Source: an uncultured Planctomycetota bacterium
GTDB taxonomy: Bacteria > Planctomycetota > Planctomycetia > Isosphaerales > Isosphaeraceae
Assembly (NCBI GenBank): GCA_963823665.1
Contig: CAWGMQ010000006.1
Location: forward strand, 1,696,001 to 1,760,000
Length of the DNA: 64,000 bases
Direction of reading: 5' to 3'
The notes under the pieces were generated by a model that worked only from the letters and a program-made list of their open reading frames with translations, was not told the DNA's origin and searched no databases. How positions within the stretch are numbered: position 1 is the first letter of the stretch; every line of letters starts with the position of its first letter. A program made the translations under genes and the position numbers. This document shows, piece after piece, positions 44,801 to 54,723 of the stretch.

Positions 44801-46835
44801 GAGCAGCGGCGGCAACACGTTTACCATCAACGGCTGGACGGGCTCCGGCAAGCTCAGCGGCACGGGCGAGACCGTGGTCGAGAGCGTTTCGACGGGCGTC
44901 ACGCTGGCCGACAATTCGCTAGCGGTCGCGGGCATCCCCTCGCTCACGTTGAGCGGTTTCACCGCAGCGAATCTCACCGATACCGCCGGTGGTAACACCT
45001 TCACGGTGAGCGGATGGAAGGGGAGCGGCTCGCTCGACGATACCGGTTCCACGCCGGACATCGTGACGGCGAGCAAGGCCGCCAGCTATACGCTTGCGAA
45101 TACCGCGCTCACGTCGACGGACGGTATGACGCTCGGCTTGACCGGGTTCGCCACCGCCAATCTCACCACCACCGGAGGGGGGCAGACCTTCACCGAGACC
45201 GGCTGGATCGGAAGCGGGTCGCTCACGGCGACGTCCGGCACCGTCGCAGCCTCGAACCCGTCCGGCTTCACGCTCACGCCGACCTCGCTCACAGCCGGTC
45301 CGATGTCCTTCACGCTGACTGGCATCAACACGGCGAACCTCACGGATTCAAGCAGCGGCAGCAACGTGTTCAACATCAACGGTTGGACGGGAAAAGGTAC
45401 GTTCAGCGGTTCGTCGGAAACGCTCGTGGACAGTGTCTCGGCCAAGACGACGCTCACGAACACGTCGCTCGCCGTGACGGGGAATCCCACGCTGACCCTG
45501 GCCGGATTCACTGCGGCCAACCTCACCGACGCAACCGGCGGGAACAACTTCATTGTCAGCGGCTGGTCGGGAGGCGGCTCGCTCGTGGACACCGGGTCCA
45601 CCGCCGACACGATGACGGCGAGCAAGAGCGCGGGCTTCACCCTGACGATCGGCTCGTTGTCATCCACCGACGGAATGAACCTCGGGCTGACGGGTTTCAC
45701 GACCGCGAACCTTACCGACAGCGGCAGCGGCGGCAACACCTTCATCGTCAGCGGCTGGACGGGTACAGGAACGCTTAAAGGCACGGGCGAGACGCTGGTA
45801 GATTCAGTGGCCGCAAGCGTGGCACTGGCGAATTCATCCCTTGCGGTGACGAGCGGGACGACGCTGACGTTGAACGGTTTCACAACCTCCAATCTGACCG
45901 ACACAGCCGGCGGCAACACCTTCACGGTTAGCGGCTGGACCGGCAGCGGCTCTCTGGCCGATACCGGCTCGGCAGCAGACACAGTCGTCGCGAGCAAGTC
46001 TGCCGGCTACACACTCGCCAACACTTCCGTGGCGTCTACAGACGGAATGTCGTTGACCTTGAGCCGAATCAGGACGGCCAATCTCACGGCTACGAGCGCG
46101 GGTAAGACATTCGACGTCAGCGGCTGGACAGGAAGTGGGTCGCTCGCCGACACCGCGGCGACAGGCGACACGGTGACCGCGACCAAGAGCGCTTCGATGA
46201 CCTTGACCGGCACATCGTTCTCGTCGACCGACGGCATGCTGCTCAGCCTGAGCAACTTCAAGACGGCGAATCTGACGGTGACCGCCGCCAGCGGCAACCC
46301 TCCGTACATCGCCGACGCGAGTGCGTTCACGGGCGTGACGAACTTGACGGCGACGGGTACGGTCGATGCGATCCTGCTGGGCGGCTCGAGCAACGGCAGC
46401 ACCTTGACCGCATCGGGCTCGGGCAACGACGTGCTGATCGGTGGAGCAGTCAAGGACACGCTCACCGACACGGGGACTGGTGACAACATCCTGATCGGCG
46501 GGGCAGGAGTCGACACGCTGACCGGCAACGGCAACGACATCCTGATCAGCGGGACGACCAGCTACGACAGCAACTCACCCGCCAACATCGCGGCGCTCGA
46601 TGCGATTCTGGCCGAATGGTCCTCGAGCGATTCATACTCGACGCGGATCAACAAGATCATGACTGGGATCACGGTGGGCTCGAGCACAGTCGCCTTGAAC
46701 GCGACAACGTGCCAGTCCGACGGCGTGGCAAACACATTAAGCGATGGAACCGCCCCGACTCAGAATAACTGGTTCATCGTCAACACGAAGGACAAGGTGA
46801 CCAAGCAGGCAGGGGAAACCGCGACGATCGTCTGA
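38874..46835 (+). CDS. Giant secreted beta-helix/RTX repeat surface protein (2653 aa), copy 2
   Basis: Intact ORF with LEALEPRTLLS, GGAI/GGGI and FxxN repeats, NWWG, FTVSGWTG repeats and RTX-like nonapeptides. AAGGAG RBS. Confidence 0.9.
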   Translation: MSRSLSRHLSRLVSAERAHRRNPRRGALRSLEALEPRTLLSNLWYVNSADAGTPDGMTPATGFVTIQAAIDVASAGDTILVETGSGYNESDTVGVSNLLIEADSGQTPVLDGTASSPPSSPGFTVTAGATGVTIEGLTIQNFAGTAAIVVQNGASLAISGVTIQGNTSGGGNGGGIDNDGTLTVTGALFQDNSSANWGGGIYSDGTLIISDSTFMNNTARVGGAIAADYGGMTTITGGTISGNTAVFGGGIVNVAAMTISGGMIENNSSTYVGGGIDNYQGTLAISGATFESNSATSGGGGIINYGNGTLSISGGTFENNSSPNYVGGAVYSIGALTADGVAFDANHAPYGGGIYAAGHIDLTDCDFTDNTAGSTGGAISNNATGSISGCTFNHNSAGAVGGGGITVWSGVLTIATSTFEDNSTPGSGGAILVHRASVTLEDDTVSSNSAASGGGIANQSAGTVTIAGDTTVSDDTASGNGGGIENYGTLTISSGSISGNNSHGGGGIDNFNSLTITGGTIANNFAEGYGGGIANEGGATLTMTGGTISGNGCWWGGGGIENWGTLSVSGGTIEDNAVSAGGGGGISNGGVLTISGGTISGNYGHGGGGIDNVNTLTITGGTVANNYAVGRGGGIDNEYGATLTMSDGSISGNGSWWGGDGILNSGTLALSGGSIEDNSGGNGAGIENYGAATISGDVMISDNGATYGGGVANSGGTMTISGGTIDGNTAQWRGGGVFINSGVVTISGGVIENNTTVHSGGAGVGNNGGTLTISDATISDNTGGGVLNQATLTVTGGTIDDNSGGGMVNYGTATISGETISGNNATYGGGIWNFGTLTISGGTIENNTANQGAGIRNDNTLTITGGTIASNSAGSAFGGILSDGGSVTIEGGTIEDNSTTGDGGGIGNGATLTISGGTISGNTASHRGGGIVNYATLVITGGAIENDFAGWVGGGIMNYSTATITGDTISGNSSPYGAGIFNQSQLSIANATIEDNSAHVGGAVFNTRGSLSVGDSTFDANKATGFGGAIFNQYGHLSLTDCGFTDNSAGTTGGAVSSVLGAGSISACTFTGNSAGAVGGGGIAVYSGALTIANSSFENDTATFAGGAILAISSSVTLQNDTISGGTAGGGGGGGVENDFGTVTLTGDTIEDNSDSGIHNYHGTATLSDDTIENNSGGGIQNQGGTMTVAGSTIENNTCSNGIGAGIYNITGTVVAVDDTISGNTSTYGGGIVNQGTMTISASTIDDNSAPVGAGIAGNGSLTITGGTISGNTASFGGGIAVYDGALSVDGTTFDGNDGGAVVTTGVDLHLDNCSFTNNSRSYGGAVGANSGSGSISHCTFTDNKASANGGGIEVVSGTLTIANSMFEGNTAGGFGGGILNYVGSVTIVGDTFSANSAAYGGGFNNDGGPAAVTGCTFSGNFAPAGAAIFAEAGSLTMSGGSIQAPPTLTASEIGIGGGANVTISGVTIDSAATATAIDVNASSLTATNIGITGYLVGVSVENNGGATITDSTLTSDTTGILVGSGASDTCTVTATNDSFASDTTGVQNNQTGGSLNATLNWWGSATGPTNASNPVGTGAATVGNVSFSPWLGDSNIVAPDYLVFLSTTGEQYAVTPNSDNTSLQVTLSGSPVGSIPGGDTLGFTGSGGTVTINGETGASSSDGFNINDTSVQFAGADSLAGSMIDFTGTAITRNVDAQGTVNTFNIQGAGVSGPTGSLVGDTGTNAFVFSGASKLIGSIQGPGSSTLDFSAYGSGVTVKLASGTATGVGGTVAGITAVIGSAFNDTLKAGTVPGVALTGGLGINTLSGTGAGDSVVESISSNYTLASGSLTGTGSASFTDNLTGIKVATLSGASATSNTFTVSGWTGSGSLTAPAGTGSVTASKSNNVTLSDTSLSSGDGMSLTLSGIVTANLTIAATGHTFNETGWTGNGLLSGTSSTVAASNPSGFTITPTSLTAGPMSLSLAGITTANLTDSSSGGNTFTINGWTGSGKLSGTGETVVESVSTGVTLADNSLAVAGIPSLTLSGFTAANLTDTAGGNTFTVSGWKGSGSLDDTGSTPDIVTASKAASYTLANTALTSTDGMTLGLTGFATANLTTTGGGQTFTETGWIGSGSLTATSGTVAASNPSGFTLTPTSLTAGPMSFTLTGINTANLTDSSSGSNVFNINGWTGKGTFSGSSETLVDSVSAKTTLTNTSLAVTGNPTLTLAGFTAANLTDATGGNNFIVSGWSGGGSLVDTGSTADTMTASKSAGFTLTIGSLSSTDGMNLGLTGFTTANLTDSGSGGNTFIVSGWTGTGTLKGTGETLVDSVAASVALANSSLAVTSGTTLTLNGFTTSNLTDTAGGNTFTVSGWTGSGSLADTGSAADTVVASKSAGYTLANTSVASTDGMSLTLSRIRTANLTATSAGKTFDVSGWTGSGSLADTAATGDTVTATKSASMTLTGTSFSSTDGMLLSLSNFKTANLTVTAASGNPPYIADASAFTGVTNLTATGTVDAILLGGSSNGSTLTASGSGNDVLIGGAVKDTLTDTGTGDNILIGGAGVDTLTGNGNDILISGTTSYDSNSPANIAALDAILAEWSSSDSYSTRINKIMTGITVGSSTVALNATTCQSDGVANTLSDGTAPTQNNWFIVNTKDKVTKQAGETATIV

Positions 46836-46853
46836 CCAATTCGCCGTCTACTC

Positions 46854-46875
46854 GTAGGGTCCGCCGCTGCGGACC
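46854..46875 (+). repeat. GTAG-type REP-like hairpin GTAG-GGTCCGC-cgct-GCGGACC
   Basis: 7-bp perfect stem preceded by GTAG just after the stop codon of the giant gene. Confidence 0.5.
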
Positions 46876-47061
46876 ATCAGCAGGCGTGAGGAGGGCGAAC
46901 GGCGCAGAATGTGCGGCCTTCCGGCAAATTGTCCCGCTCCTCTTGACGAATTCCGTCAAGAATCATTCCGTTTCGGAGAATTCAAGTTATCACGCGAAAC
47001 TCGCGAACAGACAATGACGTGACGACCACGCCGGAGTCGATCGCCCAAGGAAGGGATTTCG

Positions 47062-49545
47062 ATGCTACCCAGCAAAACCAGGAACGGGTTTGCGGCGGAT
47101 CAATTGTCCTCAGTTACCGCGCGGATCAGGCCGATCCGGCCAAAGCGCAAAGCATTGCCCGGCGGGTGTTCGGCGTTTGGACTCGAATCTCGGCTCATGC
47201 TCACCACGATCAACTCGGGCGATGTCGTCGTGGCATTGAGCGCATACCAGAATAAGTACACCTACGCTATCACAACCCCGAGTCAGCTCTATCTGACCAT
47301 TGCAGGCAGTACCACCCCGACCGAATTGTCGGTCCAGCAACCTTACGGCAGCGTGACGGTCTACGGCTCAATCACCATCGAGTCGAGCGACCAGATTCTC
47401 GTCCAGGCGGCTGAGCTGTTTACAACGGACGACGCGTCTCAGGGGGGCGGTGGTGTGGCGGCCGGGACGGAAGGCGAGTTTCTGCTGAATCTCGATGATG
47501 GATCGTGTACGACGGTGTACCTCGACCAGACTCTGAGCGCCACCTTCCCGACGGATCCTGTCAATGGTGGGATGGGCGCGTATGTCACGGCCGTCGCGCC
47601 GCCCTCGATCTCGACCGCAGGAACACCGGGCCCCGCGGGGCCGCAGGGACCGGTTGGGCCACAAGGGCCGGCGGGCGCGCCAGGTCCGGCTGGAGCGCCG
47701 GGTCTGGCCGGTTCACCAGGACCAGCGGGGCCGCCAGGTGCCCCGGGAGCTGATGGAAACACAGCGTCGGCTGCCACCATTTCGGCCTTGCAGGTGCAGA
47801 TTGCCGACTTGAGCAGCCAGCTCGCGAGCGACGAGAACAGCACCGCGGCCGAGGAAGCGCAACTCAACCAGCAGTACACCGCTCAGCTCCAGGTCAACCA
47901 GCAAATTCAGGCCAGCGTTGACGCGGCCTCTCCGGGTAGTGGCACTTCGAGTGAGGACGCCCAGATCATGTCCTTGCAAAGTCGCGTGGGTAACCTCGAG
48001 AGTACTGTTGCCGCTGAGGAGCAGCAAATTACTCAGCAGCGTTACAACGCTGAGCAGCAGACTCGATTCAATCAGGGTGGCGCGATCCTTGGCGGCTTGG
48101 CTGCTCTTGCGGGCGGCGCAATTACGATACTCACCGCCCCGGTTATCACGCCCGTCATCATAGCTGCCGGGCTCGCCTCTGCTGGGATCGGGGCGGCGGG
48201 AGCGGTGGCCACTTGGGCGGGCAGCGATCCTGCGGACCCGAATTTCACGCAGCTCGCCCAGCCGCAGGTGCAGAGCCCCGGCGCGATCACCGATCAGTCG
48301 GGGGCCTCGCCAGCGTTCGTCACGTCGTCCAATGCTCTCATCTCGGATTGTGCCGAAATCGTCGCTCTCGGCAACGCACTCTCCGCCAGCATCGATCGTG
48401 CCCAGGGCGCAGCCAACGCCAGTAATGACTACTGGGAAAATGCCCAGGTCCAGGCCGGTAACACCTACACCGAGGAGCTCGGCGTCGCGTACGGCAAGCT
48501 CCCTGCGCTCGAAACAGCCTACGTTGATGCACTCAACGCATCGGGCGTCGATACCGACCTCACCGCGGCGCAGGTTGCCGCGATTGCCCAATCGCTGAAA
48601 ACGGGGGGTGTACCCGCGTCGATGAATGCCGCGATGGCGCAATTTGGCGCGAATCCGACCATCATGGCGCTGGCGGACAGCCTCATGGTCAGCCAGGCTC
48701 AGCAGCTCGCCGCGGGTGGCGCATCGATATCGCTGTTCGACGCAGCCGACGCTCAAGCGGAGACGGATTTGTCGAGCGCCCTGGCCGAAGGTATGCTCAC
48801 CCCCTTCCAGGGCGAGCTCGCGCCGGCCTCTGATACCGGGCCCTCCCAGACGGATGGGATCACGAACGTGAATCAGCCGACCTTCCAGGGCCAGGGCCCG
48901 GTCGGCTATCTCGTGACGGTCTATGCTCAGGCCAGCGGTCAGTCCGGAATCATCACGCTGGGTCAGGCGACCGTGCAATCTGATGGTACGTGGTCGGTCA
49001 CCTCCTCCGCACTGCCCCAAGGCAAGTACGCGGTGATCGCCCAGGCGGCTGACCCGTCGGGTGCGACCACGCTCGATCGTGCCCTCGGCAGCCTGGTGAT
49101 CGACGAGAGCGGTCCGACGATCACCTCGGAGGTCTTCAACCCCGCGACCCACCAATTCTCGGTCACGCTCGAGGACAGCGGCAGCGGCCTCGATCCGGCG
49201 AGCCTGGCCGACATCTCGAGCTTCGCCTCGCATTCCCTGGCTCGCGGCGCGCGACGACCGGCCTTCGTGACCAAGAGCATCACATCCACTTCGACCACCC
49301 AGACGGGCGACTCCGAGACGGTCGTCCTCGATCTCCACCGCGGCGGCCTTGGCTCGCGCACGGTCAACGCGCTCGATGCCGCTCTCAGCCATGTGACTGA
49401 TCTGGCCGGCAACTCGCTCGAAGATCCGAACCTCAGAATCCTCCCAAGAGTGGCGCACTCAATTCCGACGGCCCACACTCTGGCTGCGCACCGAAAGCTC
49501 ACTTCTGCGGCAACGTCGCACTTGCACCGGCACCGGCACAGCTAA
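47062..49545 (+). CDS. Secreted protein with collagen-like GXY repeat, coiled coil, long hydrophobic segment and Ig-like domain
   Basis: LESRLML motif, about 16 GXY triplets at 47620-47763, Gln-rich heptads, Gly/Ala hydrophobic stretch at 48076-48222, SDTG...DGITN...PTFQG Big-domain signature, DLAGN. Confidence 0.75.
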   Translation: MLPSKTRNGFAADQLSSVTARIRPIRPKRKALPGGCSAFGLESRLMLTTINSGDVVVALSAYQNKYTYAITTPSQLYLTIAGSTTPTELSVQQPYGSVTVYGSITIESSDQILVQAAELFTTDDASQGGGGVAAGTEGEFLLNLDDGSCTTVYLDQTLSATFPTDPVNGGMGAYVTAVAPPSISTAGTPGPAGPQGPVGPQGPAGAPGPAGAPGLAGSPGPAGPPGAPGADGNTASAATISALQVQIADLSSQLASDENSTAAEEAQLNQQYTAQLQVNQQIQASVDAASPGSGTSSEDAQIMSLQSRVGNLESTVAAEEQQITQQRYNAEQQTRFNQGGAILGGLAALAGGAITILTAPVITPVIIAAGLASAGIGAAGAVATWAGSDPADPNFTQLAQPQVQSPGAITDQSGASPAFVTSSNALISDCAEIVALGNALSASIDRAQGAANASNDYWENAQVQAGNTYTEELGVAYGKLPALETAYVDALNASGVDTDLTAAQVAAIAQSLKTGGVPASMNAAMAQFGANPTIMALADSLMVSQAQQLAAGGASISLFDAADAQAETDLSSALAEGMLTPFQGELAPASDTGPSQTDGITNVNQPTFQGQGPVGYLVTVYAQASGQSGIITLGQATVQSDGTWSVTSSALPQGKYAVIAQAADPSGATTLDRALGSLVIDESGPTITSEVFNPATHQFSVTLEDSGSGLDPASLADISSFASHSLARGARRPAFVTKSITSTSTTQTGDSETVVLDLHRGGLGSRTVNALDAALSHVTDLAGNSLEDPNLRILPRVAHSIPTAHTLAAHRKLTSAATSHLHRHRHS

Positions 49546-49564
49546 GATCTGGCCTTCTCGAGCG

Positions 49565-50248
49565 TTACTGCTGCCGATCTTCAAACTCGGCAGCCAGGGG
49601 TGCAAGTACGGTGCGGACCCAGGAGCGGAACGAACGGATCCAGGCCGTCTCGCCCATGGTCGCGCTTGCGACGAGGAATCGGCTCAGCTCGTCCAGGGGC
49701 AGCCAAGGGAAACTTGGACTCCGCGCCACTTGAGCGTAAGTCCCGTCATCCTGGAGTTGTGCGACAATGATCGACTGGCCATCACTGCGCCAAACCTCTG
49801 ACACCCTGAGTGAGGCGTAGATTCCCATCCGGTTGAGCGCGCTCCGGGAGATCTCGACTTCGACCGCGATATCCGGCGGCGGGTCAATGTCGGGATCCAA
49901 ATCGGCGCGTCCGCGAACGGCGAACTCGTTGGCTACCCAGTAGCATTCGTCGGGCTCGAGTCCCTTCTCCTGCAATTCCTTCTTGAATGTCGTCGAGCCG
50001 CCGCTTCGGAGCGGGATATTCAGTTCTTCGGTCATCGCCTCGATCATGCGCCCGAGCAGAGTCTTGGACCATTCATGTCGCGGCGAAACCGTCATGATTT
50101 CCAGGTCCCCGTTGTCATACGTCAGCCGGATGTGACGATTGCCCATGTCTTCGAGCAGCGCAACGTAGGTGGTCCAGCGCACGCCATGCAGCAAGACATA
50201 CTCATGTTCCCGTGCCAGTACCTGCGGTGAGAGTGTTGCAATCGCCAT
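49565..50248 (-). CDS. Uma2 family (PD-(D/E)XK) endonuclease-like protein
   Basis: LHGVRWTTY, RLTYDNGDLEIM, GLEPDECY, PPDIAVEVEIS, YASLRVSEVW. Confidence 0.92.
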   Translation of the reverse strand: MAIATLSPQVLAREHEYVLLHGVRWTTYVALLEDMGNRHIRLTYDNGDLEIMTVSPRHEWSKTLLGRMIEAMTEELNIPLRSGGSTTFKKELQEKGLEPDECYWVANEFAVRGRADLDPDIDPPPDIAVEVEISRSALNRMGIYASLRVSEVWRSDGQSIIVAQLQDDGTYAQVARSPSFPWLPLDELSRFLVASATMGETAWIRSFRSWVRTVLAPLAAEFEDRQQ

Positions 50249-50389
50249 GTTGAATGTCCTTCGAGACGAAACCCCCGACCTGCTCGATTATACCTCCCGC
50301 CCAAGGGAATCGGCAGCACGAATTGCGCCACTCGTCTCAGGGAGATTGAGCCAATCGGTTTCCGCCACGCGATTCGGCAGATTGCTGTA

Positions 50390-51282
50390 TCAGCAAGTCA
50401 CCGACTCATGCCGCTCCTGCCTCGCAGCACCGCCGTGATACATCCTGCCCGCTTCCATCGCATGCGCGTGTGCCGGTGCTGCCTCAATCTTGTAGCTGCG
50501 CGTGAGGAAGACCTCGAAAAAGAACTGAAGAAGCGTGACGCGGTGCAGCGTGATGCCCGGCTCGCCTGCCAGTTTCTCGCGCAGGGCCGGCAGCTCGTAC
50601 CAGTTCAACCGCGGGCGGACGTGATGCTCGAGGTGGTGGTCGTAGTGCAGCAGCCACACGCTGAGCCAGCGGGGGAGCACGAGTTGCCAGGTATCGTGGT
50701 ACTTGCCCGCGGGCAGGTCCATGTGGCCGGTCACGATGCGCAGGTTTTGCAGCACGGCCACCACCATCAGCGGTCCGAGAAGCGACCATTCGCGGAAGGA
50801 CCGGGGCGGCAGCATGAAGACCGCGAGCAGCAGGGTCACGATGCCCGTGAGCTCGACCAGGTATCGAACGAGCACGCGGCCGCGCATGTGCTGCCAGGCG
50901 TAGAGGTGCGTGAGCATGATGTAGGTCGGCACGCCGAAGAGGATCATCCAGCGCGATTTGAGGACCTTGTTCGGGTCGTCGTCGCGGTTGGTCGTCTGGT
51001 GATGCTTCAGGTGCAGCACCGATAGGCCGAAACCGGTGTCGCCAGGAACGTGCCGGCCAGGTTCCCCAGCAAGTCATTGAGCCAGACCCGTCGCGCCAGC
51101 AGATGATGGCTCGCTTCGTGCACCAGCCCGGTCAGAACAAACAAGCTGGTTCCGGCGATGAGCGACAGGACGATGCGCATCGAGTCGGAGTGGTTCAAGG
51201 CCAGGAGATATCCCGTGACCACGACCAGCAGAACGTGCGCACCGATGACACAACGTGACCAAAACGGCCGGCGATTCGCCAT
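50390..51282 (-). CDS. Membrane fatty acid desaturase family protein (frameshift near 51020)
   Basis: Three His boxes: HEASHH, HLKHH, HHLEHH. Confidence 0.85.
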
Positions 51283-51616
51283 GGCTAAGATTCCCTTCTC
51301 AACCCCCGCTCGAGTCCCACAACCTCCGTCGGCGGAGACCGACCGCGATACCTGGATGAATCGCTTCTTGGATCGTCAGCGACCGAACGCGCAGTCGAGC
51401 ATGAATTGCACGTTCCGAAGAACCGGGAACCGATCGGTACTGACTTGCCGGCTCTGCGGGGTGAATTGCCAAGACAATCGCAGTCGCAATTCCTAGAATC
51501 GGTACGAAGCTCAATCTCCACTGCATGAACAGAGTGCCGGCGACGCGCAAGGTCGGCGATCTCGCCGTGTCAGCCCAGTAGAGCTTGAACGCAGTGTCTT
51601 ATGAAAGGAAAGCGTG

Positions 51617-52028
51617 ATGCGATTGAATCCCCATCTGGCGTTCAATGGCCAGTGCGAAGCGGCCTTCAAGTTCTACCAGCAGTGTCTGGGCGGTGAAATC
51701 GTGGTGATGATGACGTACGGAGATTCGCCCGCGGCCGCGCAGACACCGGCTGAGTGGCGTGAGAAGATCCTCCACGCCACGCTCGACCTCGGCGACGACC
51801 GATTGACCGGCGGCGATGCCCCCCCGGGGCAATATCAGAAACCGGAGGGCATCTCCGTGTTACTTAGCCTCGATGATGCAGCGGAAGCCGATCGTGTCTT
51901 CGCGGCGCTGGCAGAAAACGGCACTGTACAAATGCCGATCCAGGAGACCTTCTGGGCGGCAGCGTTTCGGCATGCTGGTGGACCAGTTCGGCACGCCGTG
52001 GCTGATCAATTGCGGGAAGACGGGATGA
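51617..52028 (+). CDS. VOC/PhnB (glyoxalase-like) protein (frameshift near 51960)
   Basis: LNPHLAFNGQCEAAFKFY, ILHATL, MPIQETFWA, then FGMLVDQFGTPWLIN in the next frame. Confidence 0.88.
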
Positions 52029-52053
52029 CGCTTTTATTCGACGGCACTGGAGT

Positions 52054-53373
52054 TCACTCGGACTCGGCCAGCACGACGGCGTCGCCGTGCATCACGACGT
52101 GGCACTGACCGTTTGGAAAGACTCGAAGTTCGCAGTGTCCGACCTTCTCGCTTTCGCCAATTCGCGGTTCGTTGAGTCGCCTCGCAGCCTCACGTGCACG
52201 ATCCTCGAGGGAAACGGACGGGCTGACCCGCGATTGCTGCAATTTCGCTTGAGCTCTTCTTCGGAAAACTTCGAGGCAATCAGGCGGGGTCACGCCACGT
52301 CGCCAATCGCGCACGGCCTGCTGATGCCCACCAGCACAAACGGAGTAGACGGTTCCCGCGCACCGAGAGATCTCATCCAGGGCGGCCGTTTCAGGCAAGT
52401 GATGGCGGTGGTAGGGAGTGAGCACGGCGATCGTTTGCTTACGTGAGACGAAGGTCGACCAAAGGTCCGTGCAGTATCCGTTGGTTGAACCGTGATGGCT
52501 CACCTTGACGATCTCGGCGGCGAGGAACTCGGGCATGAACTCGACCAGCGCCTGCTGCCACCCGGTTGTCTCTACGTCTCCGCCGAGAATAATCCGTGCA
52601 TCTCCATAGCGAATAAGCAAGGCGAGGGACGCCAGGTTGTGGTGGCGATGCGGGTACGCCGGTATTGAGGCGGCGTTCGTCTCGAGCCGACGTTGCAGGT
52701 ACTTGAGGAGAGACCTGATTTACTCCCGCGCCACTGCATGCGTAGGTGCGATGGCAATCACTTCCACGACGTCGTTCAGCCCGGTAGGAATGGGATAAAG
52801 TCGTTGATTCGAACGGGCTGCAAGGATCGGCATTCCGTTCGCCTCGAGTTCTTTGAGGCGATTGAAGATCGAACGGAGCTCGTCCGCCTTGAAGCTGACT
52901 TGGGGCGTTCCGCCCAAGTCGGTCGCCTCGAGCTGGAAATAGTCGACGATAAGCCGGAGGTCATCAGGGAATGTATCACAAAACGTCCAAAATGCCGCGA
53001 TCGCGAAATCGTGGAGCAGGTGAGACATTCCGCGATAGTGGTCGTCGTGAGGATGTGTCAGGCCCAAAAAGCGCAATGATCGAACCCCCTCCTCATCCAG
53101 GATCCTGTAAGCTGGATTGCTCCTGGGGTCGGCGAGCGACGACGCGTAGCAGTCCACGACCCCGTAGGTGCCATCGGGGAGCCGTACGACGATGGTTTCA
53201 CCCTTTCGGCCGCCGAACACTCGCAGCACCAGGGGACTACCTACGGGAACACCGGAGCCCAAAGCGCCGCCTTCGTCAGCCGGAACTGTCATTGCATCCT
53301 GACCTTCACCTACGGTGTCACCACTGTGTGACGGGATCGTTGGTCCTCTTGCAACTCCGGACGGGAGGTGCAC
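52054..53373 (-). pseudogene. ComEC/Rec2-like MBL-fold metallo-hydrolase interrupted by an in-frame TAA (52720-52722)
   Basis: LTHPHDDH, then read-through in the same frame gives NLASLALLIRYG...LGGD and KVSHHGS. Start uncertain. Confidence 0.7.
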
Positions 53374-53399
53374 GAAGCCCGACAGACGCAGCGGTCAAA

Positions 53400-54617
53400 T
53401 CAACGATGATGAATATCGGGGTCACCGTCGTCAACTGCGATCTTCGATTTCGGTTTCGGCGCCCACTCGCGTGCCTTCTCTGGTTTGCCCCAAGCCAAAT
53501 AGAGCGTGAATAGCCGGTTCGCGGCCTCGTCCAGAGCCGACTTTTTCAACACGGGGATGTCCTTCTGAAGTGCCTTCAATCCCTTGTAGTCGTCGACCAA
53601 CGACGGCTCGGCCGCGGCATATTTCTTTTGCCCGGCCAGCGCGGCGCCGAGTTCACTCATCGTGAGGTAATAAGCCCAATCATCGGGCTGCTTCACAGCC
53701 GCCATCTCTGTGACGACGATGGTGTTTCCCGATGCATCCGTGACCTCGCGCGTCACCACTTTGTGCCGTTTCTGTATGCGGTGGCTCAGACATTCACGCG
53801 CGGTCTGTTCGGCCATGCCCCATTCGTGCGCGCTCAGATAGAGCTCAATCAAATCGTTCATCAATCGCAGAGTGAACGCGTGATCTTATCCGAGCTCGGC
53901 CTGGGCCTCAATGAACGAAAGTTCGAACGGCCGCAGTACCTGGTGCTCAGAGCCTTCGACTACGCCAATGAATCGCCCTTCTTTGGCGGCGTGCAGCGGC
54001 GCAGCCAAGGTCTTCACGTCCTCGGTGTTCAAATGCTGCGCGTACAACAGTTTATAGGCGTTCTCACTAGAAACTGGCACGTTTCGCCAAGCCTCAATCC
54101 CGATCCCCAGAGCCACCAGTAGTGAAGCGCATGCGGCCAGGCCCAGAGTTCGCATCACGCGGCCCCGAGCCACGCGCCAACGCGCGGATCGTTTAGCCGC
54201 GGTCTTGAATTCAGATCCGGACGAGACCGAGCCCTTGGCTGGCTGATCCTCGAGAAACCCTCGTTCTCGATAGCGCCTCAGAACGTCCTCAATTTCGTGC
54301 CGCATGTCGGCGTCGAGCGGTAGCGCGACAACCGGGCGGAAGTGGAACTCGGTGTGGCCGTCAACTGCTTCGGTGGTCAACTGGAAGTGATGGCCTTCTT
54401 GAATCGACTTTGATGCCAGATCCGTCGCGTCCCACTCGATTTCGACCTCGTGCCCGATGTCGTCGGTTAGCGTAAGATAAGCAACCCCGTCCCGGACGGT
54501 GTCCACCACTCCGGAGAAGTGCTCAATGCGGGGAGGCGAATCGCAAACAACGGACATGGAAGTCGCCCCCAACTCTCGAGCACGCCCGAGTCGCGCGAAA
54601 ACACGATTCGCCCTCAA
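53400..54617 (-). pseudogene. Membrane-anchored protein with C-terminal TPR-like repeats interrupted by an in-frame TAA (53886-53888)
   Basis: ORFs 53886-54617 and 53400-53864 share a frame. The junction reads LG*DHAFTLRLMNDL (compare TPR LGxDHPxTL..MNNL). Also LGAALAGQKKYAAAEP and LYLAWGKPEKA. Confidence 0.6.
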
Positions 54618-54723
54618 TAGTAGATTATAGCCGGAAAGGGATGTGGCTTAAGTTCTTCAGTCTCCAGAACCACGCGGACGGAACGCGGATCCGTCGCCTG
54701 CCCCGCTCTGATTCCTGTTGCTG

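Noticed and set aside
25873..46835. Diversity-generating retroelement acting on the giant proteins
   Set aside because: No reverse transcriptase in the window and no template/variable repeat pair with adenine-specific differences was seen.
54330..54530. DUF3006-like domain call for the N-terminus of the TPR-like gene
   Set aside because: Only a loose by-eye resemblance (GVVDTVRDGVAYLTL...EG). It cannot be supported without an HMM search.
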